DNA of 56,996 nucleotides from an uncultured Anaerolinea sp. GTDB taxonomy: Bacteria; Chloroflexota; Anaerolineae; Anaerolineales; Anaerolineaceae. The position numbers and the translations under genes were made by a program. Under the pieces are notes generated by a model. That model was not told the origin of the DNA, ran no database searches, and saw only the letters and a program-made list of their open reading frames with translations. The number at the start of each line of letters is the position of its first letter. Positions within the stretch are counted from its first letter, which is position 1. Positions 47,001-54,421 of this stretch are shown here, piece by piece. The stretch lies in the NCBI GenBank assembly GCA_964470275.1, contig CAYYBP010000001.1:1-56996 (forward strand), read 5' to 3'.

Positions 47001-49357
47001 ATCGCGGCTACACATTCAGCCGCCTTATCGGCATCCTGGTCGTTGCCTATCTTGCGTGGCTGGCCGGATCGATCGGATTTTCATTCAGCCGCCTGACGAT
47101 TTCGATCCTTTTAGTGCTATTACTATTGATCAATGGATTGATATTCGTGCGAAAGCGGACAGACATCCTTGATGAAGTGAAAAAGAACCGGCGGCTGATA
47201 CTGACCGCTGAGCTGGTCATGCTGGCATTCTTCCTGGTTGACCTGGCGATTCGCATCGGCAATCCCGACCTGTGGCACCCCTGGAAGGGCGGTGAAAAGC
47301 CGATGGACCTGTCTTATTTCACCGCGGTGCTCAAGAGCACGACCTTTCCGCCGTATGATCCCTGGTATTCAGGCGGATACATCAATTACTACTACTATGG
47401 TTTTGTCGTGGTGGGAGTGTTGGTCAAGTGGCTGGGGATTCAACCCGCCGTGGCTTACAACCTGATCATTCCCACTCTTTTTGCGCTTACCGGACTCGGT
47501 GCTTTTGGTATAGGTTGGAACCTGTTTTCACGAAGGGATACGACCGATACCGAAGATGATCCCCAATCCAGGATTGCGGGTAAACGAAGTTTATTCGCAG
47601 GGCTGGCATCTGCGGTCGGCGTTCTAATTGCAGGCAACCTGGGTACAATCAGGATCTTCTGGCTGGGGCTGCAACGCCTGGGATCTCCGGATGGGCTGAT
47701 CGACAATGCCCGGTTCTTTCAACCGATCGGCTGGTTTTTTGCCGGTTTGGGCAGGTTCATCACGGGCAGCAAACTGTCGGTGGGAATGGGTGAATGGTAT
47801 TGGAATCCTTCACGCGCAATTCCGGGGGATGTGATCACTGAATTTCCCTTCTTCACGTTCACCTACGCGGACCTGCACGCGCATATGATCGCGCTGCCCA
47901 TCACCTTGCTGGTATTGGGTTGGGCGGTATCTGTTCTGTTTCGAAAATGGCAGCCTTTCACTGACAAACCCTGGAAGGACTGGATTTCACTGGCAGGACC
48001 GATTCTATTTGGCGGATTTGTCATTGCGACCCTCCGACCTACCAACACATGGGACCTGCCGACGTATTTATTGTTTGGAATTATCGTACTTCTATATACG
48101 GTCATCCGTTATGCGGAATTACCAACGAACTTTTTTGCGGGGCTGTCTGGGTGGTTGCGAAAGTTGATATTTGCCCTGCTGCTAGTTGGGATTCTCGTCG
48201 CGGCGGTTCAGGTATTCTATCTTCCGTTCTCTCAACATTATGGCCAGGCATACGGCGCGCTCGATCCATGGAAAGGAGCGCACAGCCCGTTGAAGGACTA
48301 CCTTGTGCATTGGGGCTGGCAGCTTTTCCTGATTACCACCTGGTTTGCCTGGGAGACGCGCGAATGGCTGGCTGCCACGCCGTCCTCGGTTGTCCCAAAG
48401 ATCAAGCCCTACCTGGGTTACCTTCAGCTGGTATTATTCCTGCTTCTGCTTGTGATGATCCTGTTGACCCTGCTGGGGATCAATATCGGGTGGATTGTGG
48501 GGATTCTCGGAGCCTGGGCGCTCGTGCTGTTACTGCGCAAAGACCAGCCGGATGCCAAACGGTTTATCCTGTTCATGATCGGCACCGGGCTGGTACTGAC
48601 GCTTTTCGTTGAGTTATTTACCCTGCAGGGGGATATCGGCCGCATGAACACGGTCTTTAAGTTCTATTACCAGGCATGGACCCTTCTCAGCCTGGGGGCA
48701 GGGGCGGCGTTAATCTGGCTCTTACCCCCGGTCACCACGGCCTGGAAATCCGGAGTTGCCACCGCCTGGCAGGTGATCCTGGTGCTGCTGCTTTCTGGAG
48801 CGCTTCTATATCCAGTTACAGCCAGCGCCGACAAAATTCGCGATCGAATGTCAGACGAAGCGCCGGCGGGGCTGAATGGCGACGCCTACATGTTAACCTC
48901 GACCTACAATGATATGGGGGTGGATTTGGATCTCTCCCGTGATTACCAGGCGATACAGTGGATGCGGATGAACGTCAAGGGATCGCCAGTGATCGTTGAA
49001 GCCAACACGGTCGAGTACCGCTGGGGGAACCGCTTCACCATCAACACTGGTCTGCCGGGAGTGCTTGGATGGAACTGGCACCAGCGTCAGCAGCGGGGTT
49101 TCCTGGATTACAACGGCATAACCAATCGTTTGAACGAGATCCCACTCTTTTACCAGACGACCTCTGTGGAAGAAGCGCTCTCGTTTATTGACAGGTACAA
49201 TGTGAAATATATCATTGTGGGCCAGCTTGAAAGGGTCTATTATCCCGGTGAGGGGCTGAACAAATTCGAGAAATATAACGGGGTTTACTGGAAGGAAGTC
49301 TTCCGGTTGCAGGACACGGTTATTTACGAAGTAATTGCGCGCGATGGGGATTCATGA
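44024..49357 (+). CDS. Giant (1777 aa) polytopic membrane protein with three parts: an N-terminal PMT/ArnT-like GT-C region, a duplicated extracytoplasmic module and a C-terminal Chlor_Arch_YYY (DUF2298) domain
   Basis: TTG start with GGAG upstream. N-terminal loop motif HPDER...NNHGF after TM1. Soluble region at about aa 480-950 with an internal duplication. The C-terminal ~820 aa carry GEKPMDLSY...FPPYDPWYSGGYINYYYYG, EFPFFTFTYADLHAHM and RMNTVFKFYYQAW, paralogous to the next ORF. Confidence 0.8.
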   Translation: MLEETDQDTLHGGRKKPPVNRSWVWDVLLIGILLISAYLRFTGINWDANQHLHPDERFLTMVETSLTPVKDLAEYFDSARSSMNPNNHGFTFYVYGTLPIFLVRYVGEWIGQTGYDQINIVGRVLSGIFDLGTIVFIYLIGKRIYRHPRLGLLAALFSGLAVLQIQLSHYFTVDNFANFFTYGAIYCAVCISTQNHQSENKPDTQAERENKSRVPAWLTTGWRWSVPYLLFGLLYGMALASKLSIWALAVLLPLAGLLAYLKTPSENRETSVPLIIRNLAVAGILAFLTFRFFQPYSFMGPGFFGLKLNPGWLSSMRELSTLMKGDVDVPYALQWARRPDTFTIQNLVLWGLGIPLGVLSLVGLLWMTWRMIKGDWQKHVLIWSWTVFVLVNQSLTFVKSMRYIISIYPALALIAAWTIFKLFEKAGVSGVKLKSIPFNWRRMLAVSVTALTIISTFLWAFAFLSIYQKPVTRVAASDWIYENIPAAINLHIEGADGQKITQPVAYQNTAVISAETPYTYHFTIDQPAQLSVVEVENVLSQSSDTGLVSILATVYKIDGEARTISGAGFLQSEFRGTSDSRGDLASIILDQPALLETGAQYLLELSVAESDVFLRIGGGVSLKLDQEELLLPSPVYKLTQNSPFQVNFVPRATGEFSALTLHRVVDLAGTNEDSVLTALLMDPNDPQQILASGEIIANFKPQDDPRGESATIQLDKPVNLDDTHMYTLVLTVGGKAELGIYNSVTVLESTWDDALPVGLHGFNQFGYWDGIYGNNLNLELYWDDNQAKLDRLETMLNRGDAIFMSSNRQWGTIPRVPERYPLTTEFYRALIGCPENEDILKCFAIAEPGRYQGELGYELTAVFQNDPAIGNLRINDQRAEEAFTVYDHPKVLIFTKSADYDPARVERILGAVDLTTAVHKTPLQATRIGGNLRLSADASAIQTSGGTWVKLFPPDSLLNRLPWLAAVTWYLVILLLGWIIYPITRFFLAGLPDRGYTFSRLIGILVVAYLAWLAGSIGFSFSRLTISILLVLLLLINGLIFVRKRTDILDEVKKNRRLILTAELVMLAFFLVDLAIRIGNPDLWHPWKGGEKPMDLSYFTAVLKSTTFPPYDPWYSGGYINYYYYGFVVVGVLVKWLGIQPAVAYNLIIPTLFALTGLGAFGIGWNLFSRRDTTDTEDDPQSRIAGKRSLFAGLASAVGVLIAGNLGTIRIFWLGLQRLGSPDGLIDNARFFQPIGWFFAGLGRFITGSKLSVGMGEWYWNPSRAIPGDVITEFPFFTFTYADLHAHMIALPITLLVLGWAVSVLFRKWQPFTDKPWKDWISLAGPILFGGFVIATLRPTNTWDLPTYLLFGIIVLLYTVIRYAELPTNFFAGLSGWLRKLIFALLLVGILVAAVQVFYLPFSQHYGQAYGALDPWKGAHSPLKDYLVHWGWQLFLITTWFAWETREWLAATPSSVVPKIKPYLGYLQLVLFLLLLVMILLTLLGINIGWIVGILGAWALVLLLRKDQPDAKRFILFMIGTGLVLTLFVELFTLQGDIGRMNTVFKFYYQAWTLLSLGAGAALIWLLPPVTTAWKSGVATAWQVILVLLLSGALLYPVTASADKIRDRMSDEAPAGLNGDAYMLTSTYNDMGVDLDLSRDYQAIQWMRMNVKGSPVIVEANTVEYRWGNRFTINTGLPGVLGWNWHQRQQRGFLDYNGITNRLNEIPLFYQTTSVEEALSFIDRYNVKYIIVGQLERVYYPGEGLNKFEKYNGVYWKEVFRLQDTVIYEVIARDGDS

Positions 49358-51930
49358 TGGATGAGGTGCCTGTCGTACTCGCGTTTTACGCGCTTTCCAC
49401 GCTGTTGGGATTGACCGCGCTGCCGTTTATTTATCGTTTTCTTCCCAATCTGCCCAGCCGCGGATTCGCGCTTGCCCGCCCATTGAGCCTGCTGGTGTGG
49501 GGCTATCTTTTCTGGCTGTTGTGCTCGCTTGGGGTGCTGCAAAACAACGCCGGCGGGATGCTTGTGGCTTATGGCGGGCTGCTGGCGATTTCCATCTGGT
49601 CCCTCCGCCGCACGGGCTTACATGAATTTACCGGTTGGCTAAAACAAAACCTGGGCACCATTCTCACGGCTGAAGCGCTTTTCATTTTATTCTTTGTGGG
49701 ATGGACCCTCGTGCGGGGAATGGATCCGGATGTGGCGTACACGGAAAAACCGATGGAACTGGCGTTTATTAATTCCATTCTGCGTTCGCCGACTTTTCCT
49801 CCCCATGACCCCTGGTTATCAGGGTACGCCATTTCGTATTACTACTTTGGGTATGTGGTAATCGCCATGCTCGCGAAGCTCTCCGGGGCAGCCTCTGCGG
49901 TGGCTTTCAATTTATCGAGCGCCTTATGGTTCGCGATGACAGCTGCCGCGCTGTATGGCGTTGTGTTTGATATCCTCAAACATTGGATCACGAAACGGAA
50001 GAAGGAAGATCTTCCTGCTCAAGTGAAATTTGCCAGGAATGGAGCTTTTCTTGCTCCGCTATTCGTGTTAATAACCAGTACCCTCGAAGGCCTGCTGGAA
50101 ATCCTGCACGCCGGAGGAATTTTCTGGAAGACCGACGCCGGGGGTGTTTACACCTCCAGATTTTGGTCCTGGTTGTCGATCCTGGATCTCGATCAGCCCC
50201 CCATACTGCCATTCGATTGGATTCCTTCACGCTCAGGCGGGTGGTTGTGGTGGCGCGGCTCCAGGGTGATTCAAGACCTGACCCTGGGAAACCAGCACGT
50301 CGAAGTGATCGATGAGTTCCCGTTTTTCTCGTATCTTCTGTCCGACCTTCACCCGCACGTGCTGGCGATGCCCTTTGCTATCCTGGCGATCGGTGTGAGT
50401 CTCAATTTTCTCCTTGGCGTAGAATCCTTTCACGGGAAATTTAATGGGATCTTTGAATGGATGCGAAGCTGGAAATTCTGGCTGACAGCGCTCATACTGG
50501 GCAGCATGGCGTTTTTCAACACCTGGGATTTTCCCATCTACGTGGGGCTGTTTTGCCTGGTCTGGTTCTATTCCCGGATTACCGAGAGCGGCTGGAAGAA
50601 AAGGCATGTTTGGGAATTCATCAAGAACGGCATGGTGCTGGGTGTGACGGGTGTGGTGCTCTTTCTACCGTTTTACCTCGGGTTTTCCTCGCAGGCTGGC
50701 GGTATCCTGCCGAGCCTTGAATTCATGACCCGCGGCATCCACTTTTGGGTGCTTTTCGGGGTTCTGCTGGTGCCGATCATCGCCTGGTTGATCCACACGT
50801 TCAGAATCAAAGGCACAGGAAATACATTGATCGCTGGCCTTCGGATTACTTTGATCGTGTTATCCGGCTTATTCCTGTTGTCAGTTATTTATGGGGCGAT
50901 TCTCTTTTCGTTTTCTGTGGTCGGCGATCAATGGGCTCAGTCCACGAATCCTTTCCTGGCGAGCCTGGGGGCCAAACTGCTTCAAGCCGGTAGCGCTTTC
51001 GCCGGGGTGCATGGTGGTTACCCGGCAGCCGAAGTGCTCAAACAGAGCCTCCTAAGAAGGATCGTATCGCCCGGCACCTGGCTCACGCTGGTGGGTATCC
51101 TGACTCTCATGCTGGGTTCATTGCTCAAACCCCGCGTCGGCCAAAGTGAACTTAACACAACGGAAGGAAATGTTGCGACCGACGATCACCATCGCTCGAA
51201 GTCAGAAGTTTTTCTACTCATTCTTTTGCTGATTGGTGGAGCGCTGATCGTATTTCCCGAATTCTTCTATTTGCGTGACCAGTTCGGCACGCGTATGAAC
51301 ACGATCTTCAAATTCTATTTCCAGGCGTGGATGCTATGGGGAATCGCTGCGGCAGCCGGGAGCGCGATCCTGTTCCGCAGTCTGCGCGGATGGCGGGCAG
51401 TTCTCTTTCAGACCACCTGGTGGATCGTTTTGGCAGCCAGCCTGGCTTACCCGGCAATCATGTTATGGAATAAAACCGACCAGTTTTCCATGGCTGACTG
51501 GACCCTGAACGGGAACGCATTTATCCAGCGATATAATCCGGACGAATATGATGCCATCCTATGGATGCAAAAAGCGCCTTTGGGTATCGTCACTGAAGCC
51601 ATTGGCGGCAGTTACAGTGATTACGCCCGGGTTTCGACCCGGTCTGGGCAACCCACCGTTTTGGGGTGGCCAGGCCACGAGAGCCAGTGGCGCGGCGGCG
51701 CAGAGGAAATGGGCAGCCGTTACGGAGATATCGAAGAATTGTATGAAACCAGGAATTGGGAGCGGGCGGCAGATATTCTGCAAACCTACGGAGTCCGTTA
51801 TGTCTATGTCGGAAATCTCGAACGCTCAACCTACCAGGTGAACACCGGCAAGTTTGACGAGATGTTGATGAAGGCATACACTAACGAAAGTGTTACTATC
51901 TACCAGGTGCCCATGGGCATCGGGCAATAA
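49354..51930 (+). CDS. Chlor_Arch_YYY (DUF2298/TIGR03662-like) polytopic membrane protein
   Basis: 858 aa. TEKPMELAF...FPPHDPWLSGYAISYYYFG, EFPFFSYLLSDLHPHV, RMNTIFKFYFQAW, C-terminal soluble domain YGVRYVYVGNLER. ATGA overlap with the giant ORF. Confidence 0.8.
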   Translation: MMDEVPVVLAFYALSTLLGLTALPFIYRFLPNLPSRGFALARPLSLLVWGYLFWLLCSLGVLQNNAGGMLVAYGGLLAISIWSLRRTGLHEFTGWLKQNLGTILTAEALFILFFVGWTLVRGMDPDVAYTEKPMELAFINSILRSPTFPPHDPWLSGYAISYYYFGYVVIAMLAKLSGAASAVAFNLSSALWFAMTAAALYGVVFDILKHWITKRKKEDLPAQVKFARNGAFLAPLFVLITSTLEGLLEILHAGGIFWKTDAGGVYTSRFWSWLSILDLDQPPILPFDWIPSRSGGWLWWRGSRVIQDLTLGNQHVEVIDEFPFFSYLLSDLHPHVLAMPFAILAIGVSLNFLLGVESFHGKFNGIFEWMRSWKFWLTALILGSMAFFNTWDFPIYVGLFCLVWFYSRITESGWKKRHVWEFIKNGMVLGVTGVVLFLPFYLGFSSQAGGILPSLEFMTRGIHFWVLFGVLLVPIIAWLIHTFRIKGTGNTLIAGLRITLIVLSGLFLLSVIYGAILFSFSVVGDQWAQSTNPFLASLGAKLLQAGSAFAGVHGGYPAAEVLKQSLLRRIVSPGTWLTLVGILTLMLGSLLKPRVGQSELNTTEGNVATDDHHRSKSEVFLLILLLIGGALIVFPEFFYLRDQFGTRMNTIFKFYFQAWMLWGIAAAAGSAILFRSLRGWRAVLFQTTWWIVLAASLAYPAIMLWNKTDQFSMADWTLNGNAFIQRYNPDEYDAILWMQKAPLGIVTEAIGGSYSDYARVSTRSGQPTVLGWPGHESQWRGGAEEMGSRYGDIEELYETRNWERAADILQTYGVRYVYVGNLERSTYQVNTGKFDEMLMKAYTNESVTIYQVPMGIGQ

Positions 51931-51953
51931 GAGCGAGGCTGAGCATAACATCC

Positions 51954-53642
51954 ATGCGTAAACCCAACCTGGAAATCCTTTTATACACGGTGTTAGTGAT
52001 CATCGCCGTGTTATTCAGGTTTATTGTGCTTGGATCCCAGCCGTTGGACGATCATGAGGCTTCGCTGGCATTGCAATCACTGCATGTCAGCCGGGGGGTG
52101 GATGTGCATTTGAGCGGCGAACCCGGGCTGATCGCCCTGAATACAGTGCTGTTCTTCATGTTTCGAACAAGCGACCTTTTGGCGCGCGTTCTACCGGCTT
52201 TGTTTGGTGCTTGCCTGGTTCTCGTTCCGTTGTTGTTCCGCGAGCGGGTGGGTCGCTCATCTGCGTTAATCTTCTCCTTATTCCTTGCTATCGATCCTTT
52301 GCTCGTTGGTGTTTCGCGTACTGCAGATGGGGCAACCCTGGCGATGCTTGGTTTGCTGGCAGGCATCGGTTTCTGGTTGAACCGGCGCTGGATTCTGAGC
52401 GGGATCGCTTTTGGAGCAGCCTTACTTGGAGGTGTTCACCTGTGGGCGGGCTTGATCGCGATGTGTATCGTGTGGATCCTCTTTAGAAAGCGAATTAGCC
52501 AACTCTATCAGCAGGAAACACCGGCAAAACCATGGTTGACTATCATCGCAGGCGCGGTATCCGTACTGATCGTCAGCACGTTGTTCCTGATCCATCCAGC
52601 CGGCATCAGCGCGCTGGGAGCAGGCGTGATCGATAATATTGTCTCCTGGGGTCAGGCATCAACGCAGCCTCTGGGCGGGCTCATGCTCGGCTGGGCGTTG
52701 ACCCAATTCCCGTTGATCATCGTTGCTGTGTGGGGCGGCCTCCATGCAGCTTTCCGTAAAGATCAGACCGTCCTCCCGCTGGCGGTATGGTGGGTGTTGG
52801 GACTGGCTCTCGTTGTGCTCAATCCCTCCCGTACTCTGAACGATTTCTATTGGACATCAATCCCGCTCATCCTCTTGGCGGCGACTGGTGTTAAGCATAT
52901 TTTCAACGGTTTGCGGTTTGACCAACGCACGGTGACCATCGCTGAGGCCGGTCTGACGCTTGTCCTGTTGGGTTTTTCATTCCTGAATACTGTGAACCTG
53001 CTCAATTCGCCCTACCTTGCTCCAGAGGTGTACCAGAACCACCTGATCGGCGCGTTGCTCCCGCTTATACTCCTGGTCGCGGTGAGCTTTTTGCTGGCGT
53101 GGGGCTGGTCTGCCGCGGCGACGCGCACCGGGTTTATCCTTGCCATCTTTGCGATTATTGGCGTCTCCCAACTTTCTGCCACAGCCAAAACAGCCGCGAT
53201 CACATCATACCCTGAAAATAACCTCTTTTCCTCCGGGTATCCGGTTGGAGCATCACCGATGGTTATAACCATCAAGGACCTGTCGAAATGGTCGACCGGA
53301 ATTGATCATCGCCTGGACGTGCAAATCGCCGGGCTGCGTATGGCATCACTGGAATGGCAGTTGAGGGATTTTGACAATTTATCCGTTGAAGAGGTCATCG
53401 ACCCGATCCTTTCTCCTTCGGTTGTGATCACCCCGTTGTCAACAGAAATGGCGGCGGCAGAAGCGTATCGCGGACAGAAGTTCGCCTGGACCATCCGTCC
53501 TGACATCAGATCGATGAAACCGATGGATTGGATGAAATGGTCGCTCTTCCGGGTCGCTCCGCCGAACAAAACCGAGATCATCCTCTGGGCAAAGAACGAA
53601 CTTTTCCCGGGCAGTACACAACCCCAACCGATTGGAGAATGA
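51954..53642 (+). CDS. Polytopic GT-C-like membrane protein (PMT_2/ArnT-like, possibly TIGR03663-related, with a divergent acidic motif)
   Basis: 562 aa, about 11-13 TM helices. The first loop after TM1 carries PLDDHEASLAL. C-terminal ~150-aa soluble domain. The family call is weak and rests on topology and motif position. Confidence 0.6.
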   Translation: MRKPNLEILLYTVLVIIAVLFRFIVLGSQPLDDHEASLALQSLHVSRGVDVHLSGEPGLIALNTVLFFMFRTSDLLARVLPALFGACLVLVPLLFRERVGRSSALIFSLFLAIDPLLVGVSRTADGATLAMLGLLAGIGFWLNRRWILSGIAFGAALLGGVHLWAGLIAMCIVWILFRKRISQLYQQETPAKPWLTIIAGAVSVLIVSTLFLIHPAGISALGAGVIDNIVSWGQASTQPLGGLMLGWALTQFPLIIVAVWGGLHAAFRKDQTVLPLAVWWVLGLALVVLNPSRTLNDFYWTSIPLILLAATGVKHIFNGLRFDQRTVTIAEAGLTLVLLGFSFLNTVNLLNSPYLAPEVYQNHLIGALLPLILLVAVSFLLAWGWSAAATRTGFILAIFAIIGVSQLSATAKTAAITSYPENNLFSSGYPVGASPMVITIKDLSKWSTGIDHRLDVQIAGLRMASLEWQLRDFDNLSVEEVIDPILSPSVVITPLSTEMAAAEAYRGQKFAWTIRPDIRSMKPMDWMKWSLFRVAPPNKTEIILWAKNELFPGSTQPQPIGE

Positions 53643-54349
53643 AATTGACCGAGATTTTCACCCCATTTGTGATCGCGATTGACGGACCTGCGGCATCAGG
53701 AAAATCCACCCTGGCAGAAAAACTTGCCGTAGAACTCGGCTTTTTATATTTCGATACCGGGGTCATGTACCGCGCGGTAACACTTGCGGCGCTGGATGAA
53801 CTTGATGGAGTGGATGATGAAGATGAAGTCACTCGCCTTGCTGAACAATCAACCATAGACGTTCAACCAGCCAGTTGTGCGGATGGACGCAAGATGGATG
53901 TGCTTTTAAACGGCAGTGATGTGACCTGGAAGATCCGCTCGCACGAAATTGATCTTAACGTGTCCAAGGTTTCCGCGTATCGCGGGGTGCGAAAAGCCCT
54001 CACAGACAAGCAGAGGGTGATCGGTTTGCGGGGGAAGGTGGTGATGGTTGGTCGGGATATCGGGACAGTGGTTTTCCCAGACGCCGGCTGCAAGCTCTAC
54101 CTGGATGCATCGCCTGAAGAACGCGCCCGCAGACGGCATGCGGAAAATGAAGCCCGGGGAAAATGCAGCTCATATGACGAGATCCTCCGATCAATTCGCC
54201 GCAGAGACAGGATCGATTCAACGCGGGAACACGCACCCTTGAAGGCGGCAGCTGACGCGGTGATTATCGACACCGACGGGAAAACTGCTGAGGAAGTTTT
54301 ACAGGAGTCGCTGGCTTATATACGTGAGAAATGTAAAAATCAGGGATAA
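53639..54349 (+). CDS. cmk: Cytidylate kinase
   Basis: Start MKLTEIF at ATG 53639 (GGAG upstream; ATGA overlap with the preceding stop). P-loop IAIDGPAASGKST, VMVGRDIGTVVFPDA. Confidence 0.93.
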   Translation: MKLTEIFTPFVIAIDGPAASGKSTLAEKLAVELGFLYFDTGVMYRAVTLAALDELDGVDDEDEVTRLAEQSTIDVQPASCADGRKMDVLLNGSDVTWKIRSHEIDLNVSKVSAYRGVRKALTDKQRVIGLRGKVVMVGRDIGTVVFPDAGCKLYLDASPEERARRRHAENEARGKCSSYDEILRSIRRRDRIDSTREHAPLKAAADAVIIDTDGKTAEEVLQESLAYIREKCKNQG

Positions 54350-54421
54350 TTAGAAAAGCAACGTTTTTTGCGAAGGACACAAACTGAATTAGACAACGAC
54401 CACGAGATCAAGGAGTGAGTT

